Of a stretch of DNA of 64,000 bases, positions 51,101 through 61,537 are shown piece by piece (the first letter of the stretch is position 1; each line of letters begins with the position of its first letter). The stretch comes from Eledone cirrhosa (Eukaryota): contig OZ024746.1 of the NCBI GenBank assembly GCA_964016885.1, positions 15,128,001 to 15,192,000 on the forward strand, written 5' to 3'. The position numbers and the translations under genes were made by a program. The notes beneath the pieces were generated by a model. The model worked only from the letters and a program-made list of their open reading frames with translations, did no database searches and was not told the origin of the DNA.

Positions 51101-52249
51101 TGCATGTATATATTTTTATGGAGCGAGAGACTCCATTAAGACATCTCTCTAGGAGAAGGTCACACTTACATAAAACCTGCGACTCCGTTTTCATCCAATG
51201 ATGTAGATCAGTTTTTCTTTTTAAGTAAATTCATTCTATGTTCAGAGAGTGGGATTGGCCCCCTGCAAAGCTTTTACTCACTTAAAAAAGCTTCAAACAC
51301 AGACATCGCTTGATATGTGACATTGCTGGCCATAGACAAGTCCCTGGCAGGACTAAAAAGCAACGTCCATGATACTCATACTTAAGTATCAAGTGATGGC
51401 ATTAATCGAAATCGAGTTGCAGTCATCATCATCATGTATGTATATATAATTTAGACAACACCAAGTAAGTATATAGTTTTGTATGCCTGTATGTGTTTGT
51501 ATGCAGGTGTGTGTGTTATTGCTTGTGTGGACCTGTATGTTTTGAGTTATATGTGTACATATGCATATGTTTCCGTATCTATATATGTGTGTGTATATGC
51601 AGTTATTATCTGATGAATTAATGAAATATTTTACATATTTTTACAGTTCCTTTAATGGTAACTTCCTAACTACCCGTGCCCTTTTTGGTTTTGTGAAGCC
51701 CAGCTTCTCAAGATTTGTACTGAGGCAATTAGTAATATATCCAAGGGCCCCAAATGATCACAAGAACAAATCTAAATGTATAGTCGGGGTGGAATAACTG
51801 CAGATTCCTCATTAGTTCAGTATAAACTCCAGTGCCCCTGCTGAGAAGTGTGATTGACTGTGCAGACCTTTTTCCCCTTTTCCTTTCTTTGATATAATGT
51901 CTTTTTTTAAAATATAAATTGCGTTTATTTTAAAAAAATACGCCCCCCCTCTTCACAACAATAACAACAAACATGGCAGTATCGGTAGAGGGTCTGACGC
52001 CATGCTTTGCAGCAAAGAGTTACGGCCCTTTATGGTTTGAGTTCAAATCCCGTCGAGGTTAACTTTGCCTTTCATCCTTACGGGTCGATAAAATAAAGTA
52101 CCAGTAATGTACTGGAATCGATTTAATCGACTTTCCCCTCCCCAAAATTGCTGGCCTTGTGCCTATATAAGAAACCATTATTATTATTGCTTTGTTATTA
52201 TTTTTATTAAACTGGAAAATGTGCCCTAATGAACATCAAGCCGCTACCT

Positions 52250-52935
52250 GTAGCCTCAGATATTCAGGATGTATAGGAGGGTCCTTGCTGTTCCCAGTAG
52301 GCATGCCTTCTGGAGTGTTCCAAAAAGGGGGCTGGGCTAATATTTTTTAACCAGCCTTTGAAGCTCTTGATGGGTACGACCTTGATCTCATGACGGTTCC
52401 AAGTCCTTTTCAGTTCCCACTTTAAATCCTGGTACCAGTTAATTTTCTCCTTCTTTTCTTGCACTCTTGTGTCAGAAAGACAAGCTACATCTATAATCAG
52501 GCATGGTCCTTTTTCCTTGTCAAAAACCACCAGGTCTAGCCTATTGTGTTCTAATTTCTTTGTCCGTTTGTATCCTGAAATCCCACAGCACATTGACCCG
52601 GTCGTTTTCTATCACCAACTCTGGCTTATGCTCAAACCATTTCTCAGAAGGAGGTAATTTGTTTAGTTTGCATAAATGACAGTGTATCACTTTACTTATG
52701 ATATCATGCCTCCATCCTTTATAGTGAGTCTGGGCTAGGTGTTTACACTTGGATACAATGTGAGCCACAGTTTCCTTTCTCTGTACAGATCCTACAGAGC
52801 GGGCTAGCTTGTCAATATGGTGTTTCTTCCACTTCGTCCCTAGGGCTTGCTACTGTGTAGCCAGTAGCAATCCCTCTGTGGCTTTCTTAAGATCCCCTTT
52901 CTTTAACCAGTTCCATGTCTGCGAATCTCTGAATT
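52250..52935 (-). pseudogene. R4/Dong-like LINE C-terminal fragment (zinc knuckle + restriction-like endonuclease)
   Basis: CRIC..ETVAHIVSKC, RHD, LWDFRIQTDK, NRLDLVVFDK..CLIIDVAC, KINWYQDLKWEL across frameshifts. Confidence 0.8.
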
Positions 52936-53154
52936 CTGTTTTACACGCACTAAATGTTATTTGTAATTATGTTATCTTTAAAATATCGTAAATATTATAT
53001 CGAGACTCCACTTGGAGAATTTTGTGATGATATATAGTTAGAAGAATTATTTGTGAACAATAAATATATATTGTAACAACAGTAAATAATAGAAATCTTT
53101 ATTAATTTTGCAGCAGAAATCAGATATAAAAGGCACGGATCGAGTGATAAGCCA

Positions 53155-53400
53155 TATATCAAGATCAACTTGATCCAGTGATGGGTTATATTCGTATATC
53201 AAGATCAGTTTGATCCAGTGATGGGTTATATTCGTACATCAAGATCAGTTTGATCCAGTGATGGGTTATATTCGTATATCAAGATCAGCTTGATCCAGTC
53301 ATGGGTTATATTCGTATATCAAGATCAGTTTGATCCAATGATGTGTTATATATCGAGATCAGTTTGATCCAGTGATGTGTGACATATCGAGATCAGCTTG
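53155..53400. repeat. 40-bp tandem repeat, about 6 copies
   Basis: Unit atcaagatcagtttgatccagtgatgggttatattcgtat. Confidence 0.9.
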
Positions 53401-53464
53401 GTTTATTTATTGTTAACATTCCATATTAAGTCAGTTCTCAGTTTTAGACAAATCCATGTGGTTG
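53385..53464 (-). other. Putative non-coding last exon of the PAN-WSC gene with poly(A) signal
   Basis: Acceptor ctttatttaatttcag (53465-53466); AATAAA at 53402-53411; would pair with the gtatgt donor at 54314. Confidence 0.5.
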
Positions 53465-54021
53465 CTGAAATTAAATAAAGATATTAAGTTTTGATATCAT
53501 ATTCAATTATATATAACTTTTTCTAACACTAGCACAAGGCCAACAATTTGGGGGAAGGAGAAAATCAATCATATCGACCCTAGTACTTTATTTTATTGAT
53601 ACCGGAAGGATAAAAGGCAAAGTTGATCTCGGCGGTATTTGAACTCATTTTCTTCGACGCTCTACCAGTACTTTCAATCCATCACTCTCATTAATTTTTA
53701 TATAATTCAATCTATCCTAAGCATTTTGAAAATATAATGTAGAGAATTAAATTTCCTAAATGTGTGTGTAAAGCATCGATTTTAAAACAATAAATCTGTT
53801 TAAGTATTTTCATAGTTACACGGGAAATCAGTGATTAATTTCGTGTTTATTGTATTCCAGCATAATGATAATCTTAATATAATATAACAATAGGTAAAAG
53901 GTTCTAGTTAATTATTTACGAATCTTATAATTATTTCTAGCTTAAAAGAATCCTTCAATATCGCTGAGAGATGTATTCATATTTAATTAAAAAATATATA
54001 TATTACATTATACGTACCTCT

Positions 54022-54190
54022 GTGAAGGCGTGTGGCTTAGTGGTTAGAGTCGGATTCACCATCGTCAGGTTGTGAGTTCGATTCTGGACCTAGCAATATG
54101 TTATGTCCTTGACCAAGACACTTTATTTCACATTGCTCCCTCTGCTGGAGGTGCGATCCGTAGATAGTATTAGCAATGAAAATACTAATG
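54022..54190 (+). mobile_element. Second tRNA-derived SINE family (also ~17085-17280, ~20648-20850)
   Basis: A-box tggcttagtgg, B-box gagttcgattc, then tgtccttg..caagacactttatttcacattgctcc core. Confidence 0.7.
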
Positions 54191-54327
54191 GAAACATTGT
54201 TTCTTTGGTTCGATTTAATCAGTTCCGCCCCACTCGGTAAGCGAATGTGGTCTGAGGTGTTGTCTATCGATTCGATATGTACCTCTACATTGAAATATAT
54301 AACATTGTACATACCTTTACATTGTTC

Positions 54328-54465
54328 CTAGGAATCATAGACTGAAAGTGCCCAATGTCCACCACATCCAGCTGATTGGTCTCCAGCACACCTGGCGCTA
54401 CACTTCTTTTCACTGAGTGGACCGTATTTATCAAAGGTATTACCACAGTAACATTCATTTGTGTT
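54328..54465 (-). CDS. Secreted PAN + WSC domain protein, coding exon 5 (WSC second half, stop)
   Basis: ttctctag acceptor; NTNECYCGNTFDKYGPLSEKKCSARCAGDQSAGCGGHWALSVYDS*; typical WSC ECYCG...C..C.G.....CGG. Confidence 0.88.
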   Translation of the reverse strand, partial: NTNECYCGNTFDKYGPLSEKKCSARCAGDQSAGCGGHWALSVYDS

Positions 54466-54692
54466 CTAGAGAAAAGAGAATGGTAAATCAATAGTCTATT
54501 GTATCAATAAAAAATATCGATTATTTATTTATATTGTCAGAAGATCACTAAGTTCTAAAGATGAGCTATAATCGATTGAGTTGATTGCAGTATAAGATTA
54601 TTAGATATTTTAGCGACACAAGAGGTATTAAGTGAAACGTTAACATCATGTGAAAGAGATCTGACTAAACATCATCATCATCATCGTTTAAC

Positions 54693-54925
54693 GTACTCTA
54701 CTTTACACTGTGGTACTATATTTGGCACCTTGGTACTCTACCTGAAACTCTGGTACTCTATCTGTCACGTTGGTACTCTACCTGAAACTCTGGTACTCTA
54801 TCTGTCACGTTGGTTCTCTATCTGACACCCTGGTACTCTATCTGTCACCTAGGTTCTTTATCTAACACTTTGGTACTCTACCTGACACATTAGTACTCTA
54901 CTTGACACCCTGGTACTTTACCTGT
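54693..54925. repeat. 20-bp tandem repeat, about 11 degenerate copies
   Basis: Unit tggtactcta(c/t)ctgacac.. Confidence 0.85.
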
Positions 54926-55027
54926 ACACCATTCGGATCACCTACAAATCAATAAAAAGGTTCACCTACTCTTGCCATAATCAGTTCTATTGAGAGATTC
55001 AATGACACAGAAACCCTTTCTACTTAC

Positions 55028-55158
55028 TTCCAATCCGGCAAATTTAAATTTCTTCTCGGTACAATGTTTTTGACACATCTCCACTGTCATATAAGCTGAA
55101 ATCATTTGAGCTTTAGGCACCGCCCTCACACGGGCGTCTTTAAAACAACCGATGTATC
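55028..55158 (-). CDS. Secreted PAN + WSC domain protein, coding exon 4 (WSC first half)
   Basis: gttatag / gtaagt; GYIGCFKDARVRAVP...MTVEMCQKHCTEKKFKFAGLE; 131 nt, phase 1-0. Confidence 0.9.
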
Positions 55159-56153
55159 CTATAACATTAAGAGCAATAATAATTTCTTTTGAGAAATACA
55201 AATGACGATTATTTTTTATTGGATTTGTTATTATGTATAAATATGACAGCGAATTGGCAGTCATTAGAACATCATATAGAATGTTTTGTAGTATTTCTTC
55301 CAGCTCTCTATATCCTCAGTTCAAATACCATCGAGGTCAACTTTGCCTTTCATCCATTGGTGGTCGATAAATAAAGTACCAGTCTAGTACTGGATCTTTT
55401 CTCACTTCGTCTCTATCACTCTCCACTCTCTCTCATTTGGAAGAAATCGGCTGTGTTGAGTCTTGGAGAGGAGATGGGCTCCGCTAGGTTTAAAATGCCT
55501 TAGAAATGCTATACGACGCCCCTCAGGAGTTACGAGTGAAAAGAAGATATTATACATAGAGTAGTAAGGACATTTTAAACCTGGTGGAGCCTATCCTTTC
55601 TCCAGGTCTGAATACAGCCAATTTCTTCTAGAGAAAGAGAGTTATAGAGGAACAATCGGTCCCAGTACTAGACTGGTATTTTATTTTATCGATCACGAAA
55701 GGATGGAAGGCAAAGTTGACCTTGGCGGGATTTGAACTTAGAGCCTGAATGAAGACCACAAAGAATCTGTTCTAACGATTCTGCCAATTCACTGTGTGTA
55801 GAAAAGTATTGATATTATTATAGGGAGAAAGTTTATGGATGTCATAATCTCTGATGATATGGAATCGATTGTGCATTGGATGTCGAATGTTCTACTAACT
55901 ATATAATATTATAGATGCAGCGAGATCTAGGCAAATTGATGTCTATTGAAACGTACGTTAGAACCGAATAAATCTCTTTTACTGCATCTTTCTGTTCTTT
56001 TTGATTCTTTATACACGCCCCGGAGTATAGCTAAACTGGAATATACACCTATTTTCTGCATTTCGTTGAGCACCACTCTGTTGTAAGCTGACCTTCCCCT
56101 ACACGGTACATAACACTGTGTCCTGGAAAATCTTAATGCACTCCTGCATAACC

Positions 56154-56207
<54 letters not shown>

Positions 56208-56241
56208 AAAATGAGGGTTTTTTCAAAATGAAAAAAAAATG

Positions 56242-56318
<77 letters not shown>

Positions 56319-56405
56319 GTATGCGTATTGATTGAAATACAACTACAACATTCTTGACAAAGAATGATGCTTTAAAACCGGGGCCAAGGAATTATATTTA
56401 CTTAC

Positions 56406-56636
56406 CTTTTATTTTTTCATAATAATCCCATCCATATTTGTTGACTATCAAATTATATTCGTTGTGAGTCACGTTCGACATATCACATTTTTTACCATCC
56501 GCTTTGTATTCAAAAGAATTACAATCTTGCTTTGCCAGACATTGTTCTTTACATTCTTGTAATGTATAGCCTATAGTTTTAATAATGTCATTGCTATATA
56601 TACTGGCTCCTTTTACCACAGCCACACCACGTTTTC
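56406..56636 (-). CDS. Secreted PAN + WSC domain protein, coding exon 3 (PAN/apple domain)
   Basis: tttgcag / gtaagt; TLQECKEQCLAKQDCNSFEY...KCDMS...WDYYEK; 231 nt, phase 1-1. Confidence 0.88.
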
Positions 56637-57546
56637 CTGCAAAGAAACAATTTTTTAAGGAATTAATCTGAACATTTTACTATTGCTATTGTATTTTGTA
56701 ATATCGATTTCTAATTCAAGTACAAAGCCAACAAATTTGTTAGAAGGGGAAAGTCGATTATATCGACCCCAGTACTTTATTTCATCAACCCCGGAACGAT
56801 GATCTTAGTGCTATTACAAAGTTGATTTCGGCGGGAGTTCAATTCAGAACGTAAAAGGCCGTAACTGCTGTACAAAGCAATTTGTTTGGCGCTCTACCGA
56901 TTCTGCCAATCCAGCGCTCTGATGACAATCAAATAAAGGACAATGGATACTAGAAACTTAGAAACTTACTATTGACTTTCTGGTAATAATCAACGCCATG
57001 TTTTTTCTGTACTTTTATCTTCGTAGCATCTTCACGTAAAAGTTGGCAGGAACTAGTTTTCCGTGTCCACTCAAAGGATTTGCAATGGTTGTCCGTTTGA
57101 CATAAAGTTACACAATCAGATAAATGGTGTAAGAGAGTAGTATTGCGGATTTTTTTAGAATCGAGGCTGGCATCTCGAACTTTGATAAAGTTTGGTAAAG
57201 TTCCTGTTGGAGAAATAGAACAACTAAAAGTCCCTTGAATAGCATTGCATGTAAATTTAATTCAACAAATTTCATTTGAATTATGTTTACAATAAAACAT
57301 AAAACGAAAGAGGAAAGAGCGACAGACTCTACACCTCAATCTCGGCGGTATATCTCAGCTTTAAGGAACCATGATTAAATCTTTGAGTCACGATTAAATC
57401 TTTATAAAATTGGGCCATGATTAAGTAATTACAAAACTGAGCCATGATTAAATCTTTACACAATTGAGTCATAATTAAATCTTTACAACATTGAGCCATG
57501 ATTGAATTTTTGTAAAGGAAAGAAGTAAAATGTTTATCTTGCTTAC

Positions 57547-57579
57547 CTTCTGATTTACTTTCACAAGGATTCAACCAAA
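57547..57579 (-). CDS. Secreted PAN + WSC domain protein, coding exon 2 (33-nt microexon)
   Basis: gttttcttcag / gtaagc; VWLNPCESKSEG; phase 1-1, completes the signal peptide. Confidence 0.65.
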
Positions 57580-58126
57580 CTGAAGAAAACAGAAAACAAA
57601 CAAACCAACAATTCATGAGACAATTGATAAAATCAAGAATCCTAAGAAATTTGTGAGAGACTGTTGGCAAAAATCGCAATCCTCTTGGATTTCATGATTT
57701 CAATAACAGAATAATTTCACAGTCACATTATATTTACGAAAGTATAAAACACTTAAAAACAATGTATAACACTGAACGGTTTGTCAGAACCCTTAGCGAA
57801 TTTAATAGAATATCTGGAAGTTTTTATTTTGGTTTTCTGGTCTATTTATCCTTTAGCATTCACACTACTCTATATATACTATTATATTTTCATGGTAAAT
57901 GCTTTATGTCACATAATTATATCACATAATTTTGAATCTATGAGATTTTGAAAGTATTTGTTTTGAGAACAATACCTTAACATTAGTTTGAGCGACCAGT
58001 TACAGCCAGTTTCAACAGAAAGAGGTAGAGAATTCTGGCTGGTTTTGGCCGGTTTGAACATTAGAGTGTTTAGTTCAAATATCAAAGTCAAATTTACCTT
58101 TCAACTTTATTAACAGATTTAGAGAG

Positions 58127-58128
58127 CT

Positions 58129-58225
<97 letters not shown>

Positions 58226-58390
58226 TCTTCTTTGCCCACTTATTCCTGGAAGGGTCGTGGGGGCAGAGTCCTCTAACACTCCTTCCAACGGGCTTCTGAC
58301 AGGACCCACTGGAAGGAGTGTTACAGGATTCTGCCCCCAGGAATAAGTGGGCGAAGAAGAAGAAGAAGCTCTCTCTCTCTCTATCTATCT
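58127..58390. repeat. Foldback element with (GA)n / (TC)n arms
   Basis: ttcttc.tt.gcccacttattcctgg...ggcaga.tcct.taacactccttcca is mirrored by tggaaggagtgtta.agga.tctgcc.ccaggaataagtgggc.aagaagaa. Confidence 0.8.
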
Positions 58391-59173
58391 GTTACATTCT
58401 GCCGTGATAATTTACTAATCTACAATAAGTACACCGTATGGAATTCTTAACAAATATTTTCCTCCTTATCGAACCTAATCACTTCTCAGATGAAATTGGA
58501 GCACTCCTTTTTTGCAAGCTAAAACTTCAGTATTTTCTGTGTTTACTTTGAGGTCTCCGGGGGATTCTTAATCACCCACACATTTCCCTTTCCTTGAGTT
58601 GATTCATATGTCACAGGATGTTTACAAAAGATGAAATGTTGAAATTGGAAGTTTCCTTTCAATTTCTATTGTTTATACTGTTTCCTTTTTAAATTTTCAC
58701 TTTGAATTTGTTCTCAACGTTGTTCTTTCTCCTATTTTCCATTATGTAATTTTAAAGGTCTAAGTTCAAATCCCACCTTTCAACCTTTCAAAGTTGATAA
58801 AAAAGTACCAGTTAAGTACTGGGATCGATTCTTCCTCTATATCTTTTTCTCATTCCTCCACTTTCACTTTCTATCCTTTTCTCGGAAGAATCTGCTGTGT
58901 TCAGACCTAGAGAGGAGATTAGTTCAACCAGGCTTAAAATAACCTAGAAACGCTGTCAATGCGGTGACCCTATGACTCCATTAGGAGTTATGGCTTATAA
59001 ATCCACCGCCCTTATAAAGGAGTTATAAGGGCGGTAGATTGGCCGAATCAGTAGAACGACGGACAGAATACTTTGTGGTATTTAGTTACGACTTTCAACG
59101 GTCAGAAATCAAATCCCACCAAGGTTAACTTTGCCTTTCATCCTTTTAATGTCGACAAAATGAAATACCAGTT

Positions 59174-59304
<131 letters not shown>

Positions 59305-59539
59305 CATGGGTGTTATTGTATGTGTTACTGGTACTTTATTTTATCGACCTCGTAAGGATGAAAGGCAAAGCTAACATGGCCGGGATTTGAACTCAGAACA
59401 TAATAATAATAATAATTATAAGAATGACAATATTAATAATCATAAGGGTTAAGTTGTAACTGTTCCGCCGTGACATATATTGGGCATTTAAACATGGTGG
59501 AGACCATCTCTCTCCTGATTTGAACACAACAGATTTCTT

Positions 59540-59599
<60 letters not shown>

Positions 59600-59965
59600 T
59601 GAAGAAGGGTGATAAAGATAGAGGAAGAATCGAACCCAGAACTTGACTGGTACTGTTTTTATCCTTGAATGGATGAAAGGCAAAGTTGATCTTGGCGGAA
59701 TTTGAACTCAGAGAGCAGAGAACCGGAACAAATACTGCAAAGCATTCTATCCGACGTTCTAACGACTCTGCCAATTTTGGGTTAAGCTCTGCTTATCCAA
59801 GCAGATGCGAACTGCACAAACAGCGATCATCTACACAAGCAGGGTCAACTACTACACAAGCAGTGGCCAATTGCAGAAGCAGGGATCAACTACACATTTA
59901 AAATAAACACTGAAATTAACCTTACAAAGATGGGAGAGAAAGTGAAAATAGTTTTTGTAACTTAC

Positions 59966-60011
59966 CAACAGTGATGAGAAGAAGAGAGAGATATTTGACT
60001 TGTGTTAACAT
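59966..60011 (-). CDS. Secreted PAN + WSC domain protein, coding exon 1 (signal peptide)
   Basis: ATG 60011, MLTQVKYLSLLLITV, gtaagt donor, phase 1. The five exons sum to 579 nt = 192 aa + stop. Confidence 0.7.
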
Positions 60012-60321
60012 TCTGAATGAGATTATATAATGTATACAATATTAACTGGTTTTTAAAGATATGTGAAACTCCACGCACGCTCTAACGTGTTTATATATAT
60101 ATAAATTAGTTGGCATTCCGCGGATTTTCATCTATTGTGAATTAACAGCTGTTATGATTCTTAGTTCAGCTGACTTCGAATAGTCTACTATAACCAACGC
60201 AATGTTAACTCTGTATACATGTACGTACATACATATGCACACATTCATACATACATACAAACGCACATACATACGCACATACATACATACGTACGTAATA
60301 CATACATGCATACATACATAG

Positions 60322-60358
<37 letters not shown>

Positions 60359-60665
60359 AATACATTCATACATACACACATACGTATAAGCATAAATAAA
60401 GATATATATACTGTGGGTATGGTGTGGCGTGCGGTGGCCGGAAGCGGGGGAGTGCTCGACCGGAAGGGTGCTTGGCCGGAAGGATGCTCGACCGGAACGG
60501 TCAGCAGATGGGTCTCTCTCTAGTGGTGACCAGCAACGATGTGGACGCGAGTTTTGGCAGCTCCCGGTGTTAAGGAGTTGGACGTACGTGGAAGCGGAGA
60601 AACCAGCAGTGGGATTTAGCGGCGCCTATGAAAAGCGGTAAGTGAGATAGCTTGTTCTAACCACA

Positions 60666-60677
60666 AGCTATTTCGGC
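60666..60677 (+). promoter_or_regulatory. Non-canonical primer-binding site, exact complement of tRNA-Phe(GAA) nt 1-12
   Basis: AGCTATTTCGGC directly after the LTR-terminal CA; reverse complement GCCGAAATAGCT. Confidence 0.75.
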
Positions 60678-60699
60678 ACTGGAAACTGAGATCTGATTG

Positions 60700-60731
<32 letters not shown>

Positions 60732-61493
60732 CTGGAAAAACAGAGAGGAGTCTGTTGCTTTTTTTTATTTTTATCACGTACCGCAAGACAAATTAGAAGA
60801 TGGCGACAAGACTACGAACAGGGTATTTACCGGGGAAGGTGATGTCGCCTGGCTGAGAAAAGTCCGGCTGGTCGCAAGCTTGCAGAAGATAGAAGATGTG
60901 GCTGGCCTCATGGCACTGTACCTCGAGGGGGACGCGTTGGTATTCTTCCTTGAGTTGGACGAACACAGCCAAAGAGATACGCAAAAGATTGAGAGGCGCA
61001 TGATGGAAGCGTTCGCAGGGGGACCGTTAGCCGCTTTCGCTAAGCTGGCAAGAATTAGATGGAACGGTGAACGCGTTGACATTTTCGCAGCGGAAATACG
61101 GCGATTGGCCATGTTGGCTGGATATCAGGTGGAATGCGAACGCACGGTGCGGTTGGCGTTCATAAATGGATTTCCAGACGACATAGCGGTGAAACTGCAG
61201 CAAGTCCCGGGTTACAAAGAAATGGAAATGCGTTCACTGGTGGAACAAGTCCGGATCATAGCAGAAGATGCCAAGAAGAGTGTTACGGCGATAGCAACTA
61301 CAGAGGCTCAAGACAGCTGGCAGCGAAATGGTGAACGGGAGGCAACCACGGCACGCGGTCGCCCGCGAATGTTTAGAGGTCGCTGTTTTCGGTGCCAGGG
61401 CCCACACATGGCTAGAGACTGCAGAGAGTCAAGGCCGGAAATAATATGCTACCGGTGTAAGCGACCAGGTCACATCGCTATTAACGGCGACCA

Positions 61494-61537
61494 GGGAAAC
61501 GATCCAAGGGGAACTACTGCACCGGTAGTTGCCCCTT
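61494..61537 (+). promoter_or_regulatory. -1 programmed ribosomal frameshift signal (gag-pol)
   Basis: G GGA AAC in gag frame, 5-nt spacer, stem-loop aaggggaactac...gtagttgcccctt; the -1 frame is open into the protease ORF at 61557. Confidence 0.8.

Noticed and set aside
47953-51194. 870- and 1050-aa ORFs
   Set aside because: Stop-free frames of a tetranucleotide-built array; no domain content.
54022-54100. tRNA genes (also ~3305, ~17085, ~20648)
   Set aside because: A/B boxes belong to SINE heads; no cloverleaf, followed by SINE core.
60644-60674. Tf1-like self-priming through the hairpin gagatagcttgt / acaagctatttc
   Set aside because: Present only in element 2, lies at the U5 end rather than the transcript 5' end, and is absent from element 1; may merely sequester the PBS.
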